Below, in pieces: positions 26,916-41,659 of a stretch of DNA of 64,000 bases. Source of the stretch: Eledone cirrhosa (lineage: Eukaryota); the NCBI GenBank assembly GCA_964016885.1, contig OZ024743.1, forward strand, positions 256,618,001-256,682,000, read 5' to 3'. Both the position numbers and the translations under genes were made by a program. Each line of letters starts with the position of its first letter. Position 1 is the stretch's first letter. The notes beneath the pieces were generated by a model that had not been told where the DNA came from, did no database searches, and worked only from the letters and a program-made list of their open reading frames with translations.

Positions 26916-27768
26916 AAGGGCAGTAGACTGGCAGTATCAGTAGAGCGTCAGACATTATGCTCTGTGGCATAGAGTTACGGCCCTTTATGTTCTGAGTTCA
27001 TATCCAGCTGAGGTCAGCTTTGAATTTCATCCTTACAGGGTTGATAAAATAAAAGAAAGTACTGCACTGGGGTTGATTTAATCGACTTTGACCTCCACAC
27101 AAAATTGCTGGCCTTGTGCCTAAATCAGAAACAATTATTATAGCAGTGAAAGTGCTGTGGATTAGTAAAATTGTTAGGATGTCCGAAGAAATATTTTAAC
27201 ATCTTTCTCCTGATACTCTACATTCTGAGTTTAAATCCCACCAATTTTAACATACTGGGCTTGATTTAATCGACATTCCCCTCCTTAAAAAATGCTGACC
27301 TTGTACCTAAATCAGAAATCAATATTATTATTATTATTTTCATTTGGCAGCACATTGGCAGTATCAGTACAATGTTGGACAACATGCTTTGTGGCATAGA
27401 GTTATGGTCCTTTATGTTCTGATTTAAAAAATCCCACTGAGGATAGCTTTGGGTCAATTAAAATAAGTACCAGTAATGCACATGAGGTTGATTTAATCAA
27501 CTTTCCACACCCTCACAATTTTTGGCTTTGTGCCTAAATCAGAAACATATTATTATTATTGTAGTCATTAGGGCAGTGGATTGGCAGTATCAGTAGAGGG
27601 TCGGACGCCATGCTTTGTAGCAAAGAGTTACGGCCCTTTACGGTATGAGTTCCAATCCCGCCGAGGTTAACTTTGCCTTTCATCCTTACGAGGGTCGATA
27701 AAATAAAGTACCAGTAATACACTGGAATAATTGCTGGCCTTGTGCCAAAAGTAGAAACAATTATTATT
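26916..27768 (+). mobile_element. Cluster of four head-to-tail SINE A copies of different ages
   Basis: Copies at ~26916-27133 (TSD ATTATTATAGCAGTGAAA), ~27150-27330, ~27345-27555 and ~27570-27760 (TSD ATTATTATTGTA[G/T]TCATT). Confidence 0.85.
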
Positions 27769-27945
27769 GTATTCATTGGATGTTTAAAACAGGCAACTAT
27801 TTGGAATTCAACTGATGCTCTGAGGTATTCTCCATTATTTATTTCCTCAAATGAAAAGCCATAAATATTTAATTTCTTTAACATACATACATGTAACATT
27901 TATATCCATACACACTTACATATATATATATACATATATATATAC

Positions 27946-27978
<33 letters not shown>

Positions 27979-28284
27979 CATATAAAATGTACACATAAAT
28001 GTATAAATATTATATATATATATGATTCATTGTTTCTGATGAAAACTGTGAGATGAATCTCTCCCCCCCCCCTCTCTCTCTCATATATATATATAAATTA
28101 ATTGTTATTTGTCTCTAATACTTAGACGTCTCAATGAATGGATAAATTATACAGATAAGATACCACTCAGAGAAGCAATTTTTACATATTAAACTTAGAG
28201 TAGTATAAGTTAGACAGACTAAAATAAGAAAGTCTCACACATATAAACATCTCCCTGCCATGGTTTATTTATATATATATATAT

Positions 28285-28564
28285 TGTTATACTTTGGGAG
28301 GGCCATGCTGCCAATAAAAAAGCATAAACCTGTTGGTTTTAACTTCTATTTATTATAAATTTACGGTTTGTTGGTTCGATGACCAGATGGTTGTTTATAT
28401 ATTCTCAAAGCTCTTTCGTCACACATTCTGTGACCTCCCCAGAGACTGGGTTTTTATTTTCTGTCTTTCCTTTGTTCTGTCCTACATCATTTATAATAAA
28501 TTGAAGTGAAAACCAACAGGTGCGTGTAGTTTTATTGGCAGCATCAGCCTCGTAAAGTATAACA
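28285..28564. mobile_element. 280-bp TG...CA element with ~35-bp terminal inverted repeats (solo LTR or MITE)
   Basis: Left end TGTTATACTTTGGGAGGGCCATGCTGCCAATAAAA; reverse complement of the right end TGTTATACTTTACGAGGCTGATGCTGCCAATAAAA. Flanked by ATAT on both sides. Relatives at ~28950-29104 (-) and 52002-52234. Confidence 0.7.
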
Positions 28565-28648
28565 ATATCTGTTTCAACACACGTTTTCAGATAAGAAATT
28601 TTGCAAAACAAATTGAAAAGCGAAATATATATATAAACACACACACAC

Positions 28649-28740
<92 letters not shown>

Positions 28741-29100
28741 GAGTTTTTTTTTACAAAGTGAAAAAAAGAACGTGATGTCCTACACGAGTGAAAGTATAAG
28801 AAAAAAAGCATTGTATGTATTGTAATGTGTAGCCATAATGGCGTAGACACTACAATACATACAGTACAGCAGGGGAAACATGATAATAACACCACTGATG
28901 ATGTTGCAGATGTGCAACGAAAGAACTTTGTTCGACTATATATATATATAATTATATCTGTATTTTTGACCGTTGGTCAATCAGTGATAAACATTGATGG
29001 CCATATAAAAGATACAGAAGCGAAAACCAACCAAACAGTGAGTGTGTTTAGTTATTATTTCTAGCAATATTATTACAACAATATGACCCTCCCCAAGTAT

Positions 29101-29158
<58 letters not shown>

Positions 29159-29183
29159 ATAGAGGTGTAACACACAAGTTATG

Positions 29184-29694
29184 ATATATTGGTAAACGGA
29201 ATAGAAAATACTGACAGATTGTTCACAGTGAAACATAGTTTAATTAGGAATAAGTGAGAATTAGTAAAAGTATTGGTTAGTATTCAGTTTTGGCTTTTAG
29301 TTTTACCGGTTGCGCATTTCTAATGCTTTTCAAAAATAATTTTGAGATAGAGCGTCCGTGATGTTTGCTCTGATCTGATTAGTTTTGGGAATTCTACCTG
29401 TTTTTATGTTAAAAAAGTGGCTCCAGCGGTATTAAAATAAGTTTTGCGCCAATTCGTGTTGCAAAAATTCTTGTGGTCAAAACAATTTTGATTGGTCGGT
29501 AGAGGTCATGTGAATGTAAAAAATTGATTTTGCGCCAAATGTAGGTTTGTGTCGGCTGACTGAGAAATAAGTCTTTCACAACAAATATGTGTGTGTGTGT
29601 GTAGTAGTAGTAAAGAGGTTCGTTGTTGTGATAATGGTCAGTAGGGACGTGTGTGCGAACCGCAGCCGGTTGACAGTTCAAATGCCTATTAAGA

Positions 29695-29759
<65 letters not shown>

Positions 29760-32700
29760 CAGAGTAATTCGTGGTAGAGGGATGGTCAGTAGGAATGTGT
29801 CTGTAAGTGTGTGGGGGTATATTTTAACATGTTAAAAGATATTTTTCAGCTCTTGTCTTATACGGAGAAGTGTATGTGTGTGTGTGTGTGTGTATGTCTC
29901 TTTGTATGTTAATGTACGCGTGTGTATGTGTGTGTGTGTGTGTGTGAGAATGTGTGTGGGTGGACCAGTATTTTTTTCTGGTAAAATGGTGTACATTATT
30001 CGATATTTTCAGTGAAATCGATTCTCTCAATAGTCACATCAAAAACCTTAATAATAAAAGGTGTGAAATGATAATGGAACAAATCCCTCAGAGACAGAAA
30101 GTTCTCATTCTGGAAGATAATACAAAATCACAACAAAGCGGAGATATATGAAAAATGGCTTAACTCAACCCCTCTAACTCTCCCCCGTAAAATACAAATA
30201 AAGTCCATTCCAAATGAACCCGAACCTCAAAGACACCTTAGGGAAAGAATGGCATTGGAAAATATGAAGACAGAAATTGAACTTCTTAAACTCAGGGCCC
30301 AGACAAATGAGGAAAAAATCAAAACCATCGATGAAGAGATCCTCCTGGAAATCAACAATAAAACTGAAGGCCCCAAGGTAGAGAAGAACTCCAAATTATG
30401 GAAAGGGGACTGCAACAGAGAAGAACTGAAATCCCTTCAACGCTGGGAAAACAGTGCCGCTTGGTTCCTACACTATGAATCGACTTTTTAAACGGATTAC
30501 ACCTCCAATAACCCGTTCATAAAAATAGGAAAACCCATAACTGAACCGCACAACAACTTCGCAAACCCCCAAGCCACTAACAAACGAAGAAGGAAGCACC
30601 ATACCGAAGATGAACTTCCCAACCTCGCTACCATAAGAAGGAACAAAAACCCTATAAATCATCTCCCCCAGAATGACATTTACAACTTTCGCCCTTCAAG
30701 GAGACACCATACCAAATCACTCAACTACTACGCGGATGCCTCATCGTCAAACATAGGGAAAAGATACCACCACCATGATAGATGTAACAACTTCCCCGCT
30801 TCAAGGGGACAGCAAGGTAATTTCCATTTTCTCAACTCTCGCTTCCATAATACACAACAAACCCACACCACACGATACAACCAACAACGTAGGCCACCGA
30901 TAATACCACAATCCAACATGGCACATAGAAATACACACCCATAATCGCAGTACAGGAACACCCCATTCAATCTACAACCACCAACCCGAACCACATTTTA
31001 CAACAACAAGGAATATAACAAACACAGGAGACCACTTAACATCAGCAGACAACCCCTCTACCCCAACCATTTTTTAAACACAGCACACAGATACAGGCAA
31101 ACAAAATAACACAAGACAGGGAGGAGAAACCGATAGTGTTAAAAATTATCAATCTTACTAGTGCAGAACCAACACCCAACCTTATCAACTTACTCTCCAA
31201 AGATCTTAAATTCACACCGACCCCACTACGTCCTAACTACTATGAAATGAAGGAAGACACACAGACTTCTGTAGAAAGATACGACTCAGTGAACAACTAT
31301 TCGACCAGTACAATGAGGATGAATCATTAGCCAGAAATAGAAGCAATTACACCCCATCAAAAGGTAGAAATAAAATCCTGGACGAATTCTGTGAACACAT
31401 CACACATTTCCCTTACCAACACTTGCACAGACAAAAACACAAGCCAAACCTCAACATGAAAGAATGGGAAGAATTAAATAGATTAAAAACCGACAGAACC
31501 ATTACAATTAAAGAGGCTGATAAAGGGAGTACAGTAGTCCTAATGGAGACAGAATTCTATATCAACTTAGCGCTCTCCACTTCGGAAAACGAAACATACT
31601 ACGAAAAGGCTGAGCACTACAATCAACAGAAAATTATGAGAAACCTAAAAACTCTGATCAACCAATACAAAGAAGGACTCACTAACAAGGAATTCAGCTT
31701 CATCACAGGCTTCACAAGTAAATCCAGCCTTTTCTACGGTATCCCTAAAGTACATAAAAGCGAATCAATAAGTAAGGCATGCAAGGAAGCCACAGACATA
31801 GTCATCAATGTCCCCTCACCCAATGATCTCAAATTAAGACCTATAATAGCAGGCCCCGCTTGCGAAACCCACCGCCTTAGCAACTTCATTGATACCCTTC
31901 TCAAGCCTTTTCTCAAACACATCAAAAGCTATATAAGGTACGACTTAGATATGCTCAATCACCTCCCTAATATGCCACTTTCTGAACAAACCGTACTAGT
32001 GACGTTCGATGTAGTCAACCTATACTCCAACATCTCCCACAACCTAGGAATAGAAGCTATCCAATTCTGGCTGGATAATTACCACAATGAACTCCCACAA
32101 CGCATCAAAAAAGAATTCGTGATAGAGGGACTCAAATTTATCTTGGAGAACAATTTCTTCGTTTTCAATAACAAACCCTACAGGCAGAAATATGGGACCG
32201 CTATGGGAACGAAAACAGCCCCACTTATGCCAACCTAGTCATGGGATACCTGGAAATCACCCTCTACACTAAAGTCCTAAACAAATTTGGAAACACTCTC
32301 CACTTACACATTGAAAGGAACTGGCAGCGATATGTAGATGACTACTTCATCCTTTGGTACGAAAACATCGAGAAACTTAAAGAATTTCACACCCTTATAA
32401 ATGGGCTCAACAAGAATATTAACTTCACGATGGAATACAGCCATCAACAACTCCCCTTCCTTGACATCCTCATTAAGATCCATAACAAATAAATAGAAAC
32501 AGACATATACTACAAGCCCACAGACTCCAAGCAATATCTTCCTTTCAACTCTTGCCACCCTAGACACGTTAAAATTAATATTCCCTACAACTTAGCCAAG
32601 AGAATCTGTACTATAGTCTCCAATAAAAACACCTGCTACTTACGGCTACAAGAACTAAAGGACACACTCATAGGCAGGGACTACCCTGCATCACTAATTG

Positions 32701-34220
32701 ACAATGGAATCCAACGTGCCCTAAAACTCAGAACCCAGGACCTTAGACACCCTAAAGTAAATCAACCGAAACTAAAAGCTCTTCCATACATCTCCACACA
32801 CAATCCCCTCAACAATGAGGCTTTGACACCATCCTCCAGAACATCCCTGTGTTGAAAAAGAACCACAGAATGAACCAAATCCTACTAACACACGATATCA
32901 TAAAGAGCAAAAGATAATCTAAGTCAATGAAAAACATCCTAACACATGCCAAAGTACTGCCAACCACAACAACGAAACCCACAGTAAAAAAATGCGATAG
33001 ACCCAACTGTGGCATTTGCATCAACCTAATAGACGGTTCGGAATTCTATTTCAAAGAAGGACAACGTTTTATTGTAAAACACAATTTCACATGCGCATCA
33101 GAAAATCTAATATATGTATTAACTTGCTCAGGTTGTCGAGAACAATACATAGGCCAGACCAAAAACAGCCTCCGCCAACGCATGACTGTCCATAGATCCC
33201 AAATTAAAATACGGGAATACAGGAAAATACCACTGAGTGAACACATTGATACCTGTACCGCCCAAAATCATCCCAACTTCAGAATCTTTCCCCTCTACAA
33301 ATTTAAAGATAATGCCACCCACGCATCAGCAAGGAATTTTACTTTATTAACAAATACGGACCCCGTCTAAACACTTCGCCCTAAGACGAACCCACAACAT
33401 ACACACGTCAACATACATACCTACATCAGCATACATCTCTACCCACATATAAACACAATGACATACGTAAACACACATGTTCTATGGTGCAACACAAATA
33501 TACACATATTTGCATACCTTTTGATGTCTATAGATATAAACGTGCCGACACACACACTTACATAAACGCACACATGCATTGCACACTGATGGGCACATAC
33601 ATATTTGTGCACAGGTATTCCAATACTGCAAGGCCTAATGAATTCCCCTTGCAGTACGTTCAATCTGCACACATTCCAGATGCATATTTGTGCACAGGTA
33701 TACAATTTCTGGACACACTCCAGATACATGTGTACAGTTTGTGCACAGGTATACAATTTGTGCACAGGGACACAATTTCTGGACACACTCCAGATACATA
33801 TTTGTGCACAGGTATTCCAATAAGGCAAGGCCTAATGGATCCCCCTTGCAGTACGTACAATCTGGACACACTCACACACACCTTGGTATTATGCCAATAC
33901 TATATATCATTTCACACCTTTTATTATTAAGGTTTTTGATGTTCTCTTGAGAGAATCGATTTTAATGAAAATATCGAATAATGTACACCATTTTACCAGA
34001 AAAAAATACTGGTCCACCCACACACACACACACACATATATATACACACACACACATACACACGCGTACATTAACATACAAAGAGACATACACACACACA
34101 CACACACACACTTCTTCGTATAAGACAAGAGCTGAAAAATATCTTTTAACATGTTAAAATATCCCCCACACACTTACAGACACATTCCTACTGACCATCC
34201 CTCTACCACGAATTACTCTG

Positions 34221-34255
<35 letters not shown>

Positions 34256-34733
34256 TCTTAATAGGCATTTGAACTGTCAACGGGCTGCGGTTCGCACACA
34301 CATCCCTGCTGACCATTATCACAACAACGAACCTCTTTACTACTACTACACACACACACACACATATTTGTTGTGAAAGACTTATTTCTCAGTCAGCCGA
34401 CACAAACCTACATTTGGCGCAAAATCAATTTTTTACATTCACATGACCTCTACCGACCAAGCAAAATTGTTTTGACCACAAGAATTTTTGCAACACGAAT
34501 TGGCGCAAAACTTATTTTAATACCGCTGGAGCCACTTTTTTAACATAAAAACAGGTAGAATTCCCAAAACTAATCAGATCAGAGCAAACATCACGGACGC
34601 TCTATCTCAAAATTATTTTTGAAAAGCATTAGAAATGCGCAACCGGTAAAACTAAAAACCAAAACTGAATACTAACCAATACTTTTACTAATTCTCAATT
34701 TGTCACCATTTTCTATTCCGTTTACCAATATAT
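29184..34733 (+). mobile_element. Penelope-like element (Neptune-type) with an inverted 5' copy of its 3' terminal region
   Basis: 29184-30073 is the reverse complement of 33905-34733 and brackets a disrupted RT + GIY-YIG ORF. Confidence 0.9.
30074..33370 (+). pseudogene. PLE reverse transcriptase + GIY-YIG endonuclease, disrupted
   Basis: LLSKDLKFTPTP, IKEADKGSTVV, FYGIPKVHK, LRPII, FDVVNLYSNI, GTAMGT, WQRYVDD, LPFLDI. Zinc linker KKCDRPNCGIC and LIYVLTCSGCREQYIGQT...LRQRMTVH. The Cys-rich linker is a known Neptune trait. Confidence 0.92.
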
Positions 34734-34806
34734 ATAAACAAGGTTTAGCAAATAATGAAAAAGTTTCAAAATAAATTTTAAAAAATTGACTTTACCTACT
34801 ATAGTT

Positions 34807-34890
34807 ACCTTTACCGTTCGGTTTCGAATCCCAAAAATAAAACGGAGACCATACGGCCTTCGTTGCAAAGAAAGATTCTCGTCAGAAGGT
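34807..34890 (-). ncRNA. Type I hammerhead ribozyme, unit 1
   Basis: Minus strand reads ACCTT-CTGACGA-GAATC..GATTC-GAAA-CCGAACGG-TA-AAGGT. Confidence 0.8.
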
Positions 34891-35289
34891 TCTTTTCATT
34901 CAAAGAATATAAAATTCCTGAATTCAAATCACAAACTAGCGCTATCAAAACTGTTCCTGGGATGAGAGTGGATGATGTAGAAACAGGTTTATCAAGGGTC
35001 GTAGCAAAGATAGAGGCAAAAGGAGGTAGGTCAAACTAGACACAGCTATTGCTAGCAGCAGTGAGAACGACCAAATTTGTTCTCAACATTAGTGGAGGTA
35101 GTAGTAATAGGATATACGTTCCTTCACGCACAAGGCGCCAAGGTACGCATGTATTGTCCAACCAAATGCCAGTGTGGTTCAATGGCGGGTTAATAAATTA
35201 ACGAGCCAGAACAAATATAAACAAGGTTTAGCAAATAATGAAAAAGTTTCAAAATAAATTTTAAAAAATTGACTTTACCTACTATAGTT

Positions 35290-35373
35290 ACCTTTACCGA
35301 TCGGTTTCGAATCCCAGAAATAAAACGGAGACCATACGGCCTTCGTTGCAAAGAAAGATTCTCGTCAGAAGGT
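35290..35373 (-). ncRNA. Type I hammerhead ribozyme, unit 2 (intact)
   Basis: Minus strand reads ACCTT-CTGACGA-GAATC..GATTC-GAAA-CCGATCGG-TA-AAGGT. Confidence 0.85.
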
Positions 35374-35920
35374 TCTTTTCATTCAAAGAATATAACATTC
35401 CTGAATTCAAATCACAAACTAGCGCTATCAAAACTGTTCCTGGGATGAGAGTGGATGATGTAGAAACAGGTTTATCAAGGGCCGTAGCAAAGATAGAGGC
35501 AAAAGGAGGTAGGTCACACTAGCCACAGCTATTGCTAGCAGCAGTCAGAACGAACAAATTTGTTCTCAACATTAGTGGTGGTAGTAGTAATAGGATATAC
35601 CTTCCTTCACGCACGAGGCGCCAAGGTACGCATGTATTGTCCAACCAAATGCCAGTGTGGTTCAATGGCGGGTTAATAAATTAACGAGCCAGAACAAATA
35701 TAAACAAGGTTTAGCAAATAATGAAAAAGTTTCAAAATAAATTTTAAAAAATTGACTTTACCTACTATAGTTACCTTTACCGATCGGTTTCGAATCCCAA
35801 AAATAAAACGGAGACCATACGGCCTTCGTTGCAAATCATCCACTCTCATCCCAGGAACAGTTTTGATAGCGCTAGTTTGTGATTTGAATTCAGGAATTTT
35901 ATATTCTTTGAATGAAAAGA

Positions 35921-36004
35921 ACCTTCTGACGAGATTCTTTCTTTGCAACGAAGGCCGTATGGTGTCCGTTTTATTTTTGGGATTCGAAACCAATCGGTAA
36001 AGGT
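35921..36004 (+). ncRNA. Type I hammerhead ribozyme with two stem substitutions
   Basis: ACCTT-CTGACGA-GATTC..GATTC-GAAA-CCAATCGG-TA-AAGGT. The core is intact; stems II and III each carry one mismatch. Confidence 0.7.
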
Positions 36005-36403
36005 AACTATAGTAGGTAAAGTCAATTTTTTAAAATTTATTTTGAAACTTTTTCATTATTTGCTAAACCTTGTTTATATTTGTTCTGGCTCGTTAATTTA
36101 TTAACCCGCCATTGAACCACACTGGCATTTGGTTGGACAATACATGCGTACCTTGGCGCCTTGTGCGTGAAGGAACGTATATCCTATTACTACTACCTCC
36201 ACTAATGTTGAGAACAAATTTGGTCGTTCTCACTGCTGCTAGCAATAGCTGTGGCTAGTTTGACCTACCTCCTTTTGCCTCTATCTTTGCTACGGCCCTT
36301 GATAAACCTGTTTCTACATCATCCACTCTCATCCCAGGAACAGTTTTGATAGCGCTAATTTGTGATTTGAATTCATGAATTTTATATTCTTTGAATGAAA
36401 AGA

Positions 36404-36487
36404 ACCTTCTGACGAGAATCTTTCTTTGCAACGAAGGCCGTATGCTCTCCGTTTTATTTTTGGGATTCGAAACCGATCGGTAAAGGT
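36404..36487 (+). ncRNA. Type I hammerhead ribozyme (intact)
   Basis: Stem I ACCTT/AAGGT, CTGACGA 36409-36415, stem II GAATC/GATTC, GAAA 36469-36472, stem III CCGATCGG, predicted GUA cleavage after 36482. Confidence 0.85.
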
Positions 36488-36818
36488 AACTATAGTAGGT
36501 AAAGTCAATTTTTTAAAATTTATTTTGAAACTTTTTCATTATTTGCTAAACCGTGTTTATATTTGTTCTGGCTCGTTAATTTATTAACCCGCCATTGAAC
36601 CACACTGGCATTTGGTTGGACAATACATGCGTACCTTGGCGCCTTGTGCGTGAAGGAACGTTTATCCTATTACTATATATATATATATATATATCATTAT
36701 CATCATCGTTGTCGTTTTAACATCCACTTTGCCTGTGTATATATAATCATCTATCTAAACATACATACATGCATCAATCTATACTTATTTATCTACACAC
36801 ATACACACTGACATAACA

Positions 36819-36887
<69 letters not shown>

Positions 36888-37501
36888 GTATATATATAAT
36901 ATACATATGTGTGTGTATGTGTTTTCTTTGTTTCTGCCTGTGTGTGTGTGTGTTTGCGGCGCGCGCGTGTGTAACTCTAAATATAAATACACTCAACTTC
37001 CACATTAAGCTTTGATTGCTCTTTTCATTAATTTGTACATAGACACACACATATATATATATACAATTTCAGATTTGATTCGTACGTTTTTTTGTTTTTT
37101 TTTTACATAATTTTCAGATCAATCCTAAATTCAATAAATGTAATGAAAATAAAAAAAGAAAGAAAGGAAGAAACCACTATTTGATTTGCAGACAATAGAA
37201 TTCAATTGAAGATTTCAGCTCATCACTTTTTCAAATTTATTATAATTTCAGAAAGTTGAAAGACGCCAGAGAAGTGACAACATATGTTAGCTATACTTTG
37301 CTTGTACAACAGTGTATTAAATATTCTGTCATTGCAGTGAATTAAATATAAAAGCAAATTACATTTGCATCATCACTTATTATCAGGCTTTTTGTATGAA
37401 TCGTCTTTATTATATCACACTAATACACAACTCATTTTTTTCCTGGTGGAATAAGTATTATTTTGTTCCTTCACCCAACTTTAACAAAGATATGTCACTA
37501 G

Positions 37502-39407
<1,906 letters not shown>

Positions 39408-39869
39408 TGGGGAGTGGGAGACAACACCATTGATAGAGAAATCTCTTTTCTGATATGAATGGAAACATGTTATAAGTTTCAGAACATTACTCAGTCTCTT
39501 TGTCTTATATTTGTGTTCCATGAATTCTACAAAACATTTTAGAACATTTTGCTTTTTATATAGTGCATAAGGTTTGTGTGACAGACGGATAAAAGGCAGT
39601 ACAGTTATTATAAGAAAGATATACATTGGCTATGGCAGATTTTGCACATACGTTTTTGCATTTTAACTGGTTTCAGTCAATTGGACAGTAAACAAGGTAG
39701 TATACCACCTTGATGGTATGGTCAATCATATCGACCCCAGTATTTATTTTTTTAAAGTCTGTTATTTATTTCATTTATTCTCTATTTCTCAAACTGCTAA
39801 ATTACAGGTCAAATAAACAATATTGCTTGTTATATTGTAAAGCTGTTCTCCCGGCTAATGCAAGTGTTA

Positions 39870-40360
39870 ATCTTGCAGGCCTACGAAAGACTTCCCCATT
39901 TTGCTCTATACTTTGCATGCTCCTTAACCCTTGATTCCGTTTGGACGTTCATTATTTTTAGTCATGTCTCAGCTTATTCAAGTCTATTTTCTTTCACATT
40001 TATTTCCATCATTCTGCTCACCTTGTCACTTTCATCATTCCTTGACAGATGACCCAATTATCACATTCCATTTCTCGTCACAACATCCGTCACTGAATCT
40101 AACATCCTTCTTCCAAACATGACCCAACCATTTCATTGCATTTCCCTTCATAGTCTTCATCAGTGGTTCTATCTGCATCGTTGTCTGGATCTGCAATTCA
40201 TTGTTTGGCTACCTTTCTACCTCTCTCAGTGCTACACCACTCATCCACCAAACCATTCACATTTCTGTTATTTCCAGCCTTCTCTGCTGCTCCGTGGCCA
40301 TTATCCATGTCTTGCTCCTATAAAACAACAGAACATCCCTCACATGCATGTATATCCAGA
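39870..40360 (-). mobile_element. Decayed RTE-like LINE 3' fragment
   Basis: Minus strand retains traces resembling TEM.M...M, LR..QV.RKV, L.HVWKKD. Confidence 0.45.
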
Positions 40361-40559
40361 TTAGAATAGGCACACCATATCTGTATGTGCTGTAAGAGAT
40401 AGCAAAGATGGTTGGCACCAAAAAGGGCAGCTGGCTATAAGAAAATACCCTAAATGGTTACTTTAAAATGATTCAACAATAATTCATAGCCGTTAATGTA
40501 CATTATATGAAGGCATATGTATAAAAGCTTTGATAGCTTTTTGGAAACTCAAAAATATC

Positions 40560-40900
40560 TGAAAGTCGAGTGCAAGCATCCCACTATGAGTTCTATCTGT
40601 TCTCTTCTATGAAATTGAGTCATACACCATTACAAAAGGCAATTGAGGAAAGAAAATGACTGCCTTTCAAACTCAGTGTTTGAGAATCGTACATAACATC
40701 AACAGAATCGATAATATCACCAATCACTACATATATGAGCAAAGAAGCAGCTGTCTACTAGTTGACATGGTAATTTATCAGCAGTTATCATTCATTGGAT
40801 ATTCTATTAGATATGGCAAAGAATATCTGATTCAATAATACTGTCTTTATATCACACAACATAGAAAAAGAAGCTGAGGCAGCCAGAAACCAAGCTATGT
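40560..40900 (+). mobile_element. Decayed LINE C-terminal fragment
   Basis: MTAFQTQCLRIVHNINRIDNITNHYIY...QQLSFIGYSIR resembles the C-terminus of RTE-group ORFs. Confidence 0.45.
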
Positions 40901-41659
40901 GAAGCATATTGTCAGTTGTCGGAGTCATGATGCCTGTCTCAAAGAGAAAGAAATACACATAGCTGCAAGGGACAGAATGGTGCGGAGACATGTTGCTGAG
41001 GCTGCCTCTTGTTTCTCCACAATAGGATGAGATGGAGCCAACTTAAAGAGAGAGAGGGGGAACAAAGAGATAGGGAAACAAAGAGAGAGGGGAACAAAGA
41101 GGGGGGGGGGATCATTCAGACATTTCATAAAGAAATAATTATTAGAGAAATTCATGAATGAAACAAAAGTCATTATATTTGTTTATTGTATTACAAAACA
41201 AAAGTATTCTTTTCTTTGTAATTTTTTTCCTCAGAGAAATTTGTTCTCTTGTATTGTTCTTTGATGAAAATACCCATATTCAGCTGGTTAGAATTTCAGC
41301 ATTTCATATTGTTTTATTTCTACCATTCATTTCTTTGTTTTCAAACAATTAATGGGTATGAAATTAATGCCATTATAGAAAATGTTATTTGTATATTTAT
41401 TATTATTATAATTTTTTTGCAAAATGTTTTAAAGAAAATATTAGCCAGACATTGAAAAATGATCAAAGGTGTATAAACAACTTCTAGAATTCTATGAAAA
41501 AAATTCTCGTTAAAACTTAGTATGTTTTTTAATTTAATCATGAACAATAAAACATTTATATTTTAGTAGTGTCAATTATGTTAGAAGAGAAATATACTCG
41601 ATTGAATCAAATCCAATGTTTTACTGGTACGAATTACTGGAGGAATGTTTCGTAAAAGC

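Larger units (their letters stand above)
34732..36675. repeat. 483-bp tandem repeat with one hammerhead ribozyme per unit and an internal inversion (retrozyme-like)
   Basis: AGGTTTAGCA at 34741, 35224 and 35707 (period 483). Strand switch at ~35835. ATCATCCACTCTC at 35835 and 36318 (period 483). Both outer ends abut TA runs. Confidence 0.9.

Noticed and set aside
34732-36675. CRISPR-like or coding interpretation of the tandem array (ORFs 35673-35993 and 35752-36000)
   Set aside because: Whole units repeat with no unique spacers. The ORFs span the inversion junction and have no recognisable motif.
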